The notes below the pieces were generated by a model. The model made no database searches. It had not been told where the DNA came from and was given only the letters and a program-made list of their open reading frames with translations. This document shows, piece after piece, positions 25,811 to 39,279 of a DNA stretch of 64,000 nucleotides; the first letter of the stretch is position 1; each line of letters begins with the position of its first letter. Origin of the DNA: Myxococcales bacterium. Its GTDB lineage: Bacteria > Myxococcota_A > Polyangia > Fen-1088. The translations under genes and the position numbers were made by a program. The stretch covers positions 8,455 to 72,454 of the forward strand of contig JANXXE010000210.1 in assembly GCA_025350815.1 (NCBI GenBank). Direction: 5' to 3'.

Positions 25811-27772
25811 ATGACCACGCCTTTCTACGTCACCACGCCCATCTATTATGTGAATGCCGTGCCCCACCTGGGCACGTTCTACACAACGGTGGTCGCGGAT
25901 TCGCTGGCGCGGTACCACCGGGCGCGCCACGGGGCGGCGGCGACACATTTTCTGACCGGCCTCGACGAGCACGGTCTGAAGATCGAACGCATCGCCCGCG
26001 AGCGCGGCGTCGAGCCGGCCAGCTACTGCGACCAGATGGCCGAGACATTTCAGGCCACATGGAAGAAGTTCAGCATCACCAACGACGACTTCATGCGCAC
26101 CACCAGCCTGCGCCACAAAGCCGCGGTCGCCGAGATGTGGCAGCGAATGACCGCCCGGGGCGACATCGAACTGCGCGAATACGACGGCCTGTACTGCGTC
26201 GGCTGCGAGGAATCGAAGACCGAGGACGACGTCGTCACCGAAAACGGCGAGAAGCTGTGCCCGACCCACCGCAAACCGGTCGAGCGCGTCAAAGAGAAGA
26301 ACTACTTCTTCCTGCTGTCTCGCTATCAGCAGTTCCTGCTGGACCACTATGCGGCGAACCCTGGCTTTGTGCGGCCCGAATCACGCCTGAACGAGGTGCG
26401 GGAATTCGTCAAGGGCGGCCTGCGCGACCTGTCGGTGTCGCGCATGTCGGTCAAGTGGGGCATCCCGGTGCCGAACGATCCGGCGCATGTCATCTATGTG
26501 TGGATCGACGCCCTGACCAACTACGTCACGGCGCTGGGCGGCCCTTCCAAGGTCGCCGCCGATTCGACCGACGTTACGGCCCGGGGGCGCTGGGCGAATG
26601 CCCATCATCTGATCGGCAAGGACATCCTGCGTTTTCACGCCGTCTACTGGCCCGCGATGTTGCAATCCGCGGGGCTGCCGCAGCCGAAGATGATTCTCAG
26701 CCACGGCTTTTTGACGGTGAAGGGCCAGAAGATATCGAAATCGATGCCGGCGACGCGCGTGGATCCGGTCGCCATCGCGGATGAACTGGGCGTCGATCCG
26801 CTGCGTTATTTTGTACTGCGCGAATACACGCTGGGCGGCGACGGGGACTTCACCTACGAATCACTGTTCCAGCGCTACGAATCGGATCTGGGAAACGATC
26901 TCGGGAACTTGGCCAACCGGACAATCTCGATGGCGCAGAAGTTCCAAACGAAGGGCTCGCGCGGAATTCTCGACGCGACCTTCCACACCGACCTGTGCCG
27001 CGACGTCGACGAGGCGAGCCAAAGCTGGGAAACGTTTGCGCCGTCGCGCGCGCTGGAGGCGACGTGGCGGCTGATCCGCCGCGCCAACGCCTTCATCGAC
27101 AGCCGGGCGCCGTGGAAACTGGCCAAGGAAGGCAAGATCGCCGAGCTGGAAGACGTCATCTCGTCGACGCTGGAAATGATCCGCGTGGCGGCACTTCTGA
27201 CCGCGCCCGTCATGCCGACCGCCACCGACGAGATCTTGCGCCAAATAGGCCGCGCGGCCGACAGCGGGACATGGCCCGCGCCCAGGGACGGCGCTTTCGC
27301 GTGGCCGGGCGGGACGCTCGGCGATCCCAGGCCGGTATTCCCACGCATCGAGCCAGACCGACAGCAGGCGCTGATCGCCAAATGGGTGGGAGAGCCTGTG
27401 GCGCCGACAGCCAGCGTGGCCACCCCGGTGGCGCCGCCGGTCGCAACAGCCGAGATCACGATCGACGAATTCGCGAAGGTGGATCTGCGCGTGGCGAAGG
27501 TGCTCACCGCCGAACGCGTGCCGAAGACCGACAAGCTGCTGAAGCTGTCGCTGGATCTCGGCAACGAGCAGCGCACCGTCGTCTCCGGCATAGCCGGCGC
27601 CTATGCACCCGAGGCCCTGGTCGGGCGCACGGTCATTTACCTGGCGAACCTGAAGCCCGCCAAGATTCGCGGCGTCCTGTCCCAGGGCATGATCCTGGCC
27701 GCCGGCGACGCCGAGGTACTGGCCCTGTCCGCCGTCGACCGCGACGTGCCCGCGGGTACGAAGATCCGCTAA
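25811..27772 (+). CDS. metG: Methionine--tRNA ligase with C-terminal tRNA-binding (EMAP-like) domain
   Basis: 'TPIYYVNAVPHLG' HIGH-class motif, 'KISKS' KMSKS variant, C-terminal OB-fold tRNA-binding domain. Confidence 0.95.
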   Translation: MTTPFYVTTPIYYVNAVPHLGTFYTTVVADSLARYHRARHGAAATHFLTGLDEHGLKIERIARERGVEPASYCDQMAETFQATWKKFSITNDDFMRTTSLRHKAAVAEMWQRMTARGDIELREYDGLYCVGCEESKTEDDVVTENGEKLCPTHRKPVERVKEKNYFFLLSRYQQFLLDHYAANPGFVRPESRLNEVREFVKGGLRDLSVSRMSVKWGIPVPNDPAHVIYVWIDALTNYVTALGGPSKVAADSTDVTARGRWANAHHLIGKDILRFHAVYWPAMLQSAGLPQPKMILSHGFLTVKGQKISKSMPATRVDPVAIADELGVDPLRYFVLREYTLGGDGDFTYESLFQRYESDLGNDLGNLANRTISMAQKFQTKGSRGILDATFHTDLCRDVDEASQSWETFAPSRALEATWRLIRRANAFIDSRAPWKLAKEGKIAELEDVISSTLEMIRVAALLTAPVMPTATDEILRQIGRAADSGTWPAPRDGAFAWPGGTLGDPRPVFPRIEPDRQQALIAKWVGEPVAPTASVATPVAPPVATAEITIDEFAKVDLRVAKVLTAERVPKTDKLLKLSLDLGNEQRTVVSGIAGAYAPEALVGRTVIYLANLKPAKIRGVLSQGMILAAGDAEVLALSAVDRDVPAGTKIR

Positions 27773-27794
27773 CCTGGCGCGCCTGTCGACGCCC

Positions 27795-27923
27795 TCATTC
27801 CTCGAACTTCTTTCGCTTTCGCCACAACGTCGATGGGTCGATGCCCAGGATGTGCGCCGCATCCTCCAACTTCCCGACCCGCGCCAGGACGCCCGGTGCG
27901 GGTAGGTGATCACCGCCGGACAT
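27795..27923 (-). CDS. Very small Fis-family HTH ORF (42 aa); possibly a remnant of a sigma-54-activator 3' end
   Basis: 'LEDAAHILGIDPSTLWRKRKKFEE' matches the Fis/NtrC C-terminal HTH. The longer track ORF overlaps the icd start and is unlikely. Confidence 0.25.
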   Translation of the reverse strand: MSGGDHLPAPGVLARVGKLEDAAHILGIDPSTLWRKRKKFEE

Positions 27924-28026
27924 TTGTCTGCCTCGTCTGCCTCGTCCGACACCGCCCGAAAAATTCGCTGGCAAGCCCACAAGTCTGGGGGATTCCGCCG
28001 CGGATTTCATGGTAATCAGGTGACCC

Positions 28027-30226
<2,200 letters not shown>

Positions 30227-30235
30227 CGAGGCGCC

Positions 30236-31432
30236 ATGAAGATTCACGAGTACCAGGGCAAGGAGATCCTCAAGCGCTACGGCGTGCCGGTGCCGAAGGG
30301 CGTTCCCGCCCTGTCGGTCGGCGAGGCCGAACGCGCGGCCGATGCACTGATAGCCGAGACGGGCAGCGAGACACTGGTCGTCAAGGCGCAGATACACGCC
30401 GGCGGGCGCGGCAAGGGGGGCGGCGTCAAGGTGGTCAAGGGACTGGCCGCCGCGCGCGAGACCGCGCAGAAGATCCTGGGCATGAACCTGGTCACGCACC
30501 AGACGGGGCCGGGCGGACAACTGGTCCGGCGCCTGCTGATCGAACAGGGTGTCAGCATCGCGCGCGAGCTGTATGTCGGCGCCCTGGTCGATCGCGGCAC
30601 CGGCCGCGTCGTGGTCATGGCGTCGTCCGAAGGCGGCATGGACATCGAAGAGGTAGCCGCCAAATCACCCGAGAAGATTCTGAAGGAAGTGGTGGACCCC
30701 GCGCTCGGTCTGGCGCAGTTCCAGGCGCGCGATCTGGCGTATGGTCTGGGCCTCAAGGGCGACGTGGCCAAGCAGGCGGCCGGCTTCCTCATGAAGCTGT
30801 ACGCCTGCTTCGTCGACGTGGATGCGTCCTTGGTCGAGATCAACCCGCTGGTCGTCACCACCGATGGCAAGGTTTTGGCGCTGGACTGCAAGATGACCTT
30901 CGATGACAACGCGCTTTACCGGCACCGCGACATCGAGGCCTTCCGCGATCTGGAAGAAGAGGACGCCGCCGAGACCGAGGCCAAGAAATACGACCTGAGC
31001 TTCATTAAGCTGGACGGCAACATCGGCTGCATGGTCAACGGCGCGGGCCTGGCGATGGCGACCATGGACATCATCAAGCATTTCGGCGGGCAGCCGGCGA
31101 ACTTCCTGGACGTCGGCGGCGGCGCCACGACCGAGAAAGTCACCGCGGCCTTCAAGATCATCACGGCAGATCCGTCGGTGAAGGGGATCTTCGTCAACAT
31201 CTTCGGCGGCATCATGAAATGCGACACCATCGCCGACGGCATCATAGCCGCGGTGAAAGAGGTCGGACTGAAGGTGCCGCTGGTCGTTCGCCTTGAGGGC
31301 ACGAACGTGGAACTGGGCCGCAGCAAGCTGGCATCGTCCGGGTTGGCGGTCACCACAGCCACCGACATGGCCGATGGCGCAAAGAAGGTCGTGCAATCCG
31401 CCGCGGGCGGGTCGCGAAGCGGAGCCAACTAA
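30236..31432 (+). CDS. sucC: Succinyl-CoA synthetase beta subunit
   Basis: '[20 protein letters not shown]' ATP-grasp N-terminus. Confidence 0.95.
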   Translation: MKIHEYQGKEILKRYGVPVPKGVPALSVGEAERAADALIAETGSETLVVKAQIHAGGRGKGGGVKVVKGLAAARETAQKILGMNLVTHQTGPGGQLVRRLLIEQGVSIARELYVGALVDRGTGRVVVMASSEGGMDIEEVAAKSPEKILKEVVDPALGLAQFQARDLAYGLGLKGDVAKQAAGFLMKLYACFVDVDASLVEINPLVVTTDGKVLALDCKMTFDDNALYRHRDIEAFRDLEEEDAAETEAKKYDLSFIKLDGNIGCMVNGAGLAMATMDIIKHFGGQPANFLDVGGGATTEKVTAAFKIITADPSVKGIFVNIFGGIMKCDTIADGIIAAVKEVGLKVPLVVRLEGTNVELGRSKLASSGLAVTTATDMADGAKKVVQSAAGGSRSGAN

Positions 31433-31433
31433 G

Positions 31434-32303
<870 letters not shown>

Positions 32304-32328
32304 TTCGCAATTGAAGGAGAGAACCAGT

Positions 32329-32757
32329 ATGTCCATCGAGAGAACGTTCGGAATCGTGAAGCCCGACGCCGTCGGCAAATCCGCCATCGGCGCTGTCATC
32401 GCCCTCATCGAAAAAAGCGGCCTCAGGATCGTGGCCCTGCGCCACACCCAGCTGTCGGACGCCCAGGCCGAGGGATTCTACGCCGTCCACAAGGCGCGCC
32501 CCTTCTTCAAGGATCTGGTCGCGTTCATGACCTCGGGCCCTTGCGTGCTGATGGCCCTCGAAGGTGAAAACGCCATCAGTCGCTATCGCGAGTTGATGGG
32601 CGCCACCGATTCCAAGAAGGCCGTGGCCGGCACCATCCGCGCCGCCTACGGCACCGACATCGAGCGCAACGCCGTTCACGGCAGCGACGGGCCGGACAGC
32701 GCGCGAATCGAGCTGGGCTTCTTCTTCACCGGCTGCGACCTGCTCGGCTCGGCCTAA
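32329..32757 (+). CDS. ndk: Nucleoside diphosphate kinase
   Basis: '[12 protein letters not shown]', 'NAVHGSD' active-site His motif. GAAGGAGAG SD. Confidence 0.95.
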   Translation: MSIERTFGIVKPDAVGKSAIGAVIALIEKSGLRIVALRHTQLSDAQAEGFYAVHKARPFFKDLVAFMTSGPCVLMALEGENAISRYRELMGATDSKKAVAGTIRAAYGTDIERNAVHGSDGPDSARIELGFFFTGCDLLGSA

Positions 32758-32811
32758 GTCTCGGTAGATCCTTGGGGTTTCCCGGTTGGTGTTCACGGGG
32801 ACATCGACCGG

Positions 32812-33945
32812 GTGAACTGGCGCTATACTTCCGCCCCCTTGGACCTGCGCGCCTTTACCCCCGCCGAACTCAAAGAGCGCATCCGCGCCCGCGGCGAGCC
32901 CGCCTTTCGCGCAGAACAAATCTTCCGCGCGCTGCACGGGCCGGGTCCCGGCGGCGTGGGTGGCGTACGATCACCGGGCGAGGCCAGCAACGTCCCGCGC
33001 GCCTTGCGCGAGGATCTTCTGCGAGAATCACCCCTCGTGCCGCTGACGGTGGACGTCGCGCAACAGGCGCAGGACGGCACGCGAAAGTTTCGCTTTGTCA
33101 CCACCGACGGACGCGCCATCGAATCGGTGCTGATCCCGGACGGACGGCCCGAACGCGGCATGCTGACCCTGTGCATTTCGTCGCAGGTCGGCTGCGCGCT
33201 CGATTGCCAGTTTTGTGCGACAGCGACCCTCGGCTTCGGCCGCCACCTCACCGCGGGCGAAATCGTCGAGCAGGTCTACTGGGCGATGGAGATTGCAGGC
33301 CGGCGCCCGACCAACATTGTTTTCATGGGTATGGGCGAGCCGCTGCACAACTTCGAGCAGGTCACGCGCGCGCTGACGTTGCTGGAACATCCCTGGGGCG
33401 CGGCTTTTTCACCCCGGCGCATCACGGTGTCGACGGTGGGACTGGTCCCGGGCATCGAGGCACTGGGCAAGATCTCGCCGGCACCCAATCTGGCCATTTC
33501 CTTGAACGCGACGACCGATGAGGTGCGCGACCGCTTGATGCCGGTCAACCGCCGCTGGCCCATCGCCCAGTTGTTGGAGGCCGCGCGAAAGTTTCCGCTG
33601 GCGCACAACCGGCGCGTCACCTTCGAATACGTCTTGCTTGCGGGCGTCAACGACTTGCCGGCCGACGCCGCGCGCTTGCCGCGCCTGCTGCGCGGGATCC
33701 CGTGCAAGGTGAATCTCATCCCGTGGAATCCCTTCGCCGGGCCCACTTTCGAACGGCCAACCGGCGAGCGCATCCGCGCGTTCCAGGCCGCCCTGCGCGA
33801 CACTGACTTGCCCGTTTATATACGCACACCGCGCGGCGATGACATCGACGCCGCCTGCGGGCAACTGGCCGCCCGCGACGTTGTGCCTGACACTGTGCCT
33901 CTGGTCCGCCTTGGCCGAGGCGCCCCGCCCTCACCAGGCAACTGA
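32812..33945 (+). CDS. rlmN: 23S rRNA/tRNA (adenine-C2)-methyltransferase, radical SAM
   Basis: 'CISSQVGCALDCQFCAT' CxxxCxxC; 'GMGEPL'; Cys in 'ACGQL'. Confidence 0.9.
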   Translation: MNWRYTSAPLDLRAFTPAELKERIRARGEPAFRAEQIFRALHGPGPGGVGGVRSPGEASNVPRALREDLLRESPLVPLTVDVAQQAQDGTRKFRFVTTDGRAIESVLIPDGRPERGMLTLCISSQVGCALDCQFCATATLGFGRHLTAGEIVEQVYWAMEIAGRRPTNIVFMGMGEPLHNFEQVTRALTLLEHPWGAAFSPRRITVSTVGLVPGIEALGKISPAPNLAISLNATTDEVRDRLMPVNRRWPIAQLLEAARKFPLAHNRRVTFEYVLLAGVNDLPADAARLPRLLRGIPCKVNLIPWNPFAGPTFERPTGERIRAFQAALRDTDLPVYIRTPRGDDIDAACGQLAARDVVPDTVPLVRLGRGAPPSPGN

Positions 33946-33950
33946 GTCCG

Positions 33951-34496
33951 GTGCCAGCCACTGCGACCGCCAAGCTGGACCGCGCCCGCAAGCAGGGCAT
34001 CGAGGCATGCGGCCGCATCGCCGAATTCTGGGGCTTCACGCGCAGCATGGGCCGCACCTTCGGCCTGCTGTACCTGGCGGACGATCCCCTGCCCCAGGCC
34101 GAAATCCAGAAGCGCCTGCGCATTTCTGTCGGCAACGCCTCGATGACGTTGTCGGCCCTGATGGGCTGGGGCGTCGTGCACAAGGTGTCCGTGCGCGGCC
34201 ACCGACGCGAGTATTACCGGTCCGAGACGGACTTCTGGAAGATGATCGCCGGGGTCCTGAACCGGCGCGAGCGCCGGGAGATCAAGCTGGCGCTGCATAA
34301 GGTCACCCGGGCCGTCGCGGGCGCCCGGTCCGCGCAGACGACGGCGCGCGGGGCCGCCCGGAAGCAGGTCGATTTCACGCTGGAGCGTTTGTCCCGCCTG
34401 CTGGAGATCTGTCGCCTGGGCGAGACCATGCTGGACATGCTGCTGGGGCAATTGACGCTGGACGTGGGCCAGTTTCGCGATGCTCTGAAGGTATGA
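33951..34496 (+). CDS. GbsR/MarR-family winged-HTH transcriptional regulator
   Basis: N-terminal wHTH ('GRTFGLLYLADDPLPQAEIQKRLRISVGNASMTLSAL'). Confidence 0.55.
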   Translation: MPATATAKLDRARKQGIEACGRIAEFWGFTRSMGRTFGLLYLADDPLPQAEIQKRLRISVGNASMTLSALMGWGVVHKVSVRGHRREYYRSETDFWKMIAGVLNRRERREIKLALHKVTRAVAGARSAQTTARGAARKQVDFTLERLSRLLEICRLGETMLDMLLGQLTLDVGQFRDALKV

Positions 34497-34572
34497 CCAG
34501 CCTCACGTCGCCGTACAGATGCTGTCCCATGGCCACTTGCCAATACACGCAAGCCGGGAGCAGCCTTGTCAT

Positions 34573-35583
34573 ATGCGTCTTTTTATTGTCCTGCTCGTAG
34601 CCGGTTGTGCCTCAAAAGCGTCGTCGGGTTCTGAATCCACGATGGGAACCAATGCGATGGTGGAGGCGGGCGCAAATACACGCGGCGACGAAGGTCCGCC
34701 CCCGCGCGACTCGGCCGCGCCGATGGTGGTCGAACCCGGGCCGGTCGTGGGCGGCGCCGCTGGCTCCGGCGGTACCGCGATGGCCGACGCCGCCGCGACC
34801 ACGGGTCCGCGGCAAGCCGACGCTGCGGCCGTCGTGGGCGACGTTGCAGCGCCGCCGGCGGTGGTCTCCGCGGCCTGCGGAAAAATACCGGGCGCTCTTT
34901 ATTGCGATGATTTCGAGTCGGGGCTGAACCCGGCGCTCACGCCAAAGATGTCCATGGGCGGCACCATCACCGTCGACGAGACGCGGGCCCACAGCGGCAA
35001 GGGCGCGCTGCACGTCAAGAGTCTGGTCACGGCCTACGCGGACGGCGAGGTCGATCTGGGCAAGACGGTCTTTCCGACGGCGAACAACAGCTTCTTCCTG
35101 CGCGCGTTCATCTACTACACACCCCCGGCCCCGCCCGACAACGTCTACCTGTTTCGGGTCAGGGGCTACATGCCCAACACAAAAAGCTATATCGAAGGCC
35201 AGATCGGGGTGATTGGCGATCCCTACAACCAGCCCACAGCAGCCAACTTCAAGAACCTATCGCACACGATCTATCACTCGGCCATCAAGTCGGCGGACCA
35301 CGTCTCGTACCAGACGGCCGCCGCGCCCGAGGTGAAGTACGGGACCTGGGTCTGCTGGGAATGGGAGGTGGACGGCGTGAACAACAAATGGCGTCTGTGG
35401 GTCGACGGCGTCGAACATTTCAGCCGCACCTGGGACGGGCAGGCAGGAACCGCGTGGGTCGTTCCCTCGGCCACCGCGTTCACCATCGGCGTCAAGCACG
35501 ACCACGACGAAAAAGGGGGGATCGAAGTCTGGTACGACGATCTCGTCATCGCCAGCAAGCGCGTCGGCTGTGCCGCGCCCTAG
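34573..35583 (+). CDS. Hypothetical lipoprotein with a concanavalin-like/lyase-like beta-sandwich C-domain (unassigned)
   Basis: Internal ATG 34573 gives signal peptide plus lipobox (VAGCAS). Gly/Ala/Pro-rich linker. Confidence 0.45.
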   Translation: MRLFIVLLVAGCASKASSGSESTMGTNAMVEAGANTRGDEGPPPRDSAAPMVVEPGPVVGGAAGSGGTAMADAAATTGPRQADAAAVVGDVAAPPAVVSAACGKIPGALYCDDFESGLNPALTPKMSMGGTITVDETRAHSGKGALHVKSLVTAYADGEVDLGKTVFPTANNSFFLRAFIYYTPPAPPDNVYLFRVRGYMPNTKSYIEGQIGVIGDPYNQPTAANFKNLSHTIYHSAIKSADHVSYQTAAAPEVKYGTWVCWEWEVDGVNNKWRLWVDGVEHFSRTWDGQAGTAWVVPSATAFTIGVKHDHDEKGGIEVWYDDLVIASKRVGCAAP

Positions 35584-35595
35584 AACGACCCGCCA

Positions 35596-36831
35596 TCAAC
35601 GATCCGCGCGCTTCTTCTCGGTCACCTGACGAAAGACGCGCAACAGGTTGCCGCCCAGAAATTTGCGAATGCGCGTCTCGCTATAGCCGCGCTTCAACAT
35701 CGCCTCGGTGATCAGCGGAACGTCACGCACGTCGCGCATTCCGCGCGGTGGCGTCGGCCCACTGTCCCAATCGCTGCCCAGGGTCACGTGGTCCTCGCCA
35801 ACCAAGGTGATGGCCCGGTCCACGACGCCCACCCAGTCATCGACCGACATCAGAAGATTGTCGCCGCCCTTGACCCCGGCGAGATCGTCGGTTGTTTCGC
35901 CGCGCCGGGGCCGCAGCAGATCGTCGATTCGTTCGATGGACAGACCGTTTACCTTCTTGAACACGTCGCTCGTGTCCCAAAAAGGCTTGCCGCCTTGCGA
36001 GCGGGTTCGGTAGTCGAAGAACTTTCGATTTTGAAACTCGTTGCCGATGTGAAAGCCCATAAGCCCGCCGTGGGCGGCCAGTTTCTTCAACAGATCGTCT
36101 GTCATGGTGCGCGGGATGTCGTTGACCGAACGCAGGCCATGGTGGGTCGCAACCACCGGATCTGACGACAGCTCGATGGTCTGCGCCAGGGTCTCGTCGC
36201 TGGCATGCGAGACATTGATGACCATGCCCAGTCGGTTCATCTCGCGCACAACTTCACGACCGCGACTATTGAGGCCATTCCATTTGTGTTCGTTGCAGCA
36301 CGAGTCGGCGAAATTGTTGGCCCAGTTGTGCGCGGTCAGTTGCGCCGAACGCAGGCCCAGGCGGTACAGCGATCGCAGCACGGCGAGATCGCCATCGAGA
36401 TCGAATCCGCCCTCGAGGTCCAGCACCGCCGCGATCTTGCCCGCCTTCACGATCCGCTCGACGTCGGTCGCGGTCAGGGCCACCTCGATCTTGTCGGCGT
36501 TCTTGTCGATCTGCGCCCGCGCGGCATCAAGCAGGCGCAGCACCTGTTTGGTCTCAAAACGCCCCGGATAGTATTCCTCGCGCACCCACAAACTGAAGAA
36601 GATCGCGTCGACGCCGCCCTCTTTGAGCCGCGGCAGATCCACCTGCCCTTTCGACAGCCGCTGGCCCATGTCGCCCCCGCCGTAGAATTGGCGGTTGCCC
36701 ATATGAACGTGGGCGTCGAACACCAGGGCCCGATCATGGATCTGGCGGGCGGCGGCGGATACCTGTGCCGAGGCCGGCCCGCTGGCCAGCATCACGACCA
36801 TAGCAACAGCGTGCACAGCGTGTCCGTTCAT
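35596..36831 (-). CDS. Membrane dipeptidase (peptidase M19 family)
   Basis: 'VFDAHVHMG', 'HNWANNFADSCCNEHK..GL' M19 signature regions. Start at internal Met 36831 with GGAGG 6 nt upstream; signal peptide follows. Confidence 0.85.
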   Translation of the reverse strand: MNGHAVHAVAMVVMLASGPASAQVSAAARQIHDRALVFDAHVHMGNRQFYGGGDMGQRLSKGQVDLPRLKEGGVDAIFFSLWVREEYYPGRFETKQVLRLLDAARAQIDKNADKIEVALTATDVERIVKAGKIAAVLDLEGGFDLDGDLAVLRSLYRLGLRSAQLTAHNWANNFADSCCNEHKWNGLNSRGREVVREMNRLGMVINVSHASDETLAQTIELSSDPVVATHHGLRSVNDIPRTMTDDLLKKLAAHGGLMGFHIGNEFQNRKFFDYRTRSQGGKPFWDTSDVFKKVNGLSIERIDDLLRPRRGETTDDLAGVKGGDNLLMSVDDWVGVVDRAITLVGEDHVTLGSDWDSGPTPPRGMRDVRDVPLITEAMLKRGYSETRIRKFLGGNLLRVFRQVTEKKRADR

Positions 36832-36998
36832 GGCGCCTCCGTCAGACAGGCACAGTACCAGGAACCTGAACACCATCGCCGTGCCGGCCGTCAGCCCCGT
36901 CGCGATCGACAGCTCGAAGGTCCCAAATGACGCGACGCCCTGACCCCGGGTGCTGACTGATTGACCGGGCTTGCGTTATTTCAATTTGTTTTGAATAT

Positions 36999-38027
36999 TT
37001 GCCTGGCTTCATGAACGGCACCTCCGAGCAGAACGACCCTGGGACACTGCGGCCCCGCCCTCGCGTCGGCGAGGATCGCGCCCTGGCCCTTGTCGCGGCC
37101 GAAATGCGCCAGGTCGAGGAACGCCTGGTCGAGCGCATGGAAAGCCCTGTCGGTCCCATCCCCCAGGTGGGCGCGCACTTGCTGGGTGCCGGGGGCAAAC
37201 GGCTGCGGCCCTTGCTGGCCGTGCTCGCATGCCGGGCGACGGATACGCCCCTCGATGTGGCCGTCGCCGTCGGTGTCGCAGGCGAGCTAATCCACACCGC
37301 CACGCTGTACCACGACGACGTGGTGGACGACGGCCGCGTGCGCCGCGGACGCCCGGCGGCGCGCATGGTCTTCGGTAACGGGATCGTCGTACTGGTCGGC
37401 GACTTCTGTCTAGCCCGGGCTCTCGAAACGGTGACCGCGACCGGCGTGCTGCCCGTCGTGCAGTCTCTTGCCGCCACGGTGACGGAGATGGCAGAAGGCG
37501 AGGTCGCGCAGCTTGAAGGCGCAGGGAATCCAGATGCGACGGCCGAGGACTATTTCGCCGTCATCGACCGCAAGACCGCGTCGCTTATCGCCTGGTGCGC
37601 CCGCGTGGGTGGTGCCGTGCCCGGGCGCTACGATGAGGCCCTGCAAACCTACGGGCGCGCGGTCGGACGCGCCTTCCAGATCGCGGATGACGTCCTTGAC
37701 TGCGCGGTGGCCGAGTCGGTCGCGGGCAAATCGGTCGGCCACGATCTGCGGGAAGGCAAGTTGACCCTGCCCGTGCTGCTGGCCTGCGATGCGGATCCAT
37801 CGTTGCGCGACCTCATCCGCGCCGAACTGGGCGAAACCGGCATGTCCGACAAAGCCAGCGCCGAAATCCTGGAACGCGTCCGCGCCGCCGGCGGCGTGGA
37901 TCTCGCGCGCGCGCATGCCAGCGGCCTCGCCACCAAGGCCGTGGCCGCTCTCGACGCCTTGCCGCCGTCGCCCTATCGGGAGGCCCTTCGCGATCTCGCG
38001 CTGTTCTCCGTGGATCGGTTGTCGTGA
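36999..38027 (+). CDS. Polyprenyl diphosphate synthase (trans-IPPS; octa/heptaprenyl type for menaquinone side chain)
   Basis: 'LIHTATLYHDDVVDDGRVRRGRP' first DDxxD and 'FQIADDVLD' second motif. Confidence 0.85.
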   Translation: MPGFMNGTSEQNDPGTLRPRPRVGEDRALALVAAEMRQVEERLVERMESPVGPIPQVGAHLLGAGGKRLRPLLAVLACRATDTPLDVAVAVGVAGELIHTATLYHDDVVDDGRVRRGRPAARMVFGNGIVVLVGDFCLARALETVTATGVLPVVQSLAATVTEMAEGEVAQLEGAGNPDATAEDYFAVIDRKTASLIAWCARVGGAVPGRYDEALQTYGRAVGRAFQIADDVLDCAVAESVAGKSVGHDLREGKLTLPVLLACDADPSLRDLIRAELGETGMSDKASAEILERVRAAGGVDLARAHASGLATKAVAALDALPPSPYREALRDLALFSVDRLS

Positions 38028-38719
38028 CGCAACAGGCGACGGACGTGCGCGCGATGTTCGGACGGATCGCGCCCCGCTACGATTCGGCCAATCGGGCGAT
38101 GTCGATGGGCATCGACATCCTGTGGCGCAAGAAGGCGATGAAGCCCCTGTTGGCGGGCCTGGGCGACAGATCGCGCGTGCTGGATCTGGGCGCCGGGACC
38201 CTGGACGGTGCCCGCGAGATCCTGCGACGCCGGCCCGACGCCTTCGTCGCCGCGGCGGACTTTGCAACGCAGATGCTGCGGGTGGGCCGCGCCAAGCTTG
38301 GTCCCACTGACGATCACCTCGGCACGCACACCGCCGATGGACACCGCCTGCCCTACGGCACGGGCGTCTTCGATGCTGCCTTCAGCGCGTTTTGCGTGCG
38401 CAACCTTGGCGACCTGCCGGTGGCGCTGCGCGAACTGCGTCGTGTGGTGCGGCCTGGCGGCACCATCGTCATCCTGGAATTCTTTCGACCGAAGGCGCAG
38501 CGGCTGTTCCTCGATCGTTTCTACAACGCGCGGGTGCTGCCCCTCATCGGCTGGGCCATCACCGGCGATCGCGATGCCTACCGGTACTTGCCGGCCTCCA
38601 TCGCGCGATTCCTGTCGCGTGCCGAATTCGAGTCCGCCCTGCGCGCCGCAGGCTTCGCGACGGCCGAGGGCACGGATCTTTTTCCCGGCGGCATGGCGTC
38701 GCTGGTGGTGGCGCGATGA
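38024..38719 (+). CDS. Demethylmenaquinone/ubiquinone C-methyltransferase (UbiE/MenG family)
   Basis: 'VRAMFGRIAPRYDSANRAMSMGIDILWRK' UbiE N-terminal signature; SAM-binding 'VLDLGAGT'. Confidence 0.85.
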   Translation: MTQQATDVRAMFGRIAPRYDSANRAMSMGIDILWRKKAMKPLLAGLGDRSRVLDLGAGTLDGAREILRRRPDAFVAAADFATQMLRVGRAKLGPTDDHLGTHTADGHRLPYGTGVFDAAFSAFCVRNLGDLPVALRELRRVVRPGGTIVILEFFRPKAQRLFLDRFYNARVLPLIGWAITGDRDAYRYLPASIARFLSRAEFESALRAAGFATAEGTDLFPGGMASLVVAR

Positions 38720-39279
38720 AGCTGGTCGTCGCGGTGGGCGGCGCGTCCGGATCCATCTATGCGCGGCGCCTGCTGGATGGCCTGGCGTCGATGAAGACGG
38801 ATCGCCCCGAGGTGGCCCTGTGCTTCTCGAAGTCCGGCGCCGAAGTCTGGCGTCACGAATTGGGCGATGTGCCGTCGTACCCCTTCCGTCGCTATGATCT
38901 CAATGACTTTCGCGCACCCTTCGCTTCGGGTTCGGCGGGCTGGGACGCGATGGCCGTGATCCCCTGTTCGGCGGGAGGGCTTGCCCGCATGGCGCACGGG
39001 ATCTCCGACGATCTGATTGGTCGTGCTGCGGACGTCATGCTGAAGGAACGGCGCAGGCTGGTGCTGGTCGTGCGCGAAACACCGTTGTCCGCCATCCACA
39101 TCGAGAACATGCTGGCTGTCACGCGCGCCGGCGCGGTGGTGTTGCCTGCCTCACCGTCTTTTTATTCGCAGCCGGCGACCATCGACGCGCTGGTCGACAC
39201 CGTCGTGGGGCGGGTCCTGGATCAGCTGGGAATTGCGAATCACATGATGCCCCGCTGGGGACAAGGAGCCGCTTCATGA
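38716..39279 (+). CDS. ubiX: Flavin prenyltransferase UbiX-like (partner of UbiD-type decarboxylase; MqnM-like in the futalosine route)
   Basis: 'KLVVAVGGASGSIYARRLL', 'VIPCSAGGLARMAHG', 'VLVVRETPLS'. ATGA overlap with the upstream gene. Confidence 0.85.
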   Translation: MKLVVAVGGASGSIYARRLLDGLASMKTDRPEVALCFSKSGAEVWRHELGDVPSYPFRRYDLNDFRAPFASGSAGWDAMAVIPCSAGGLARMAHGISDDLIGRAADVMLKERRRLVLVVRETPLSAIHIENMLAVTRAGAVVLPASPSFYSQPATIDALVDTVVGRVLDQLGIANHMMPRWGQGAAS

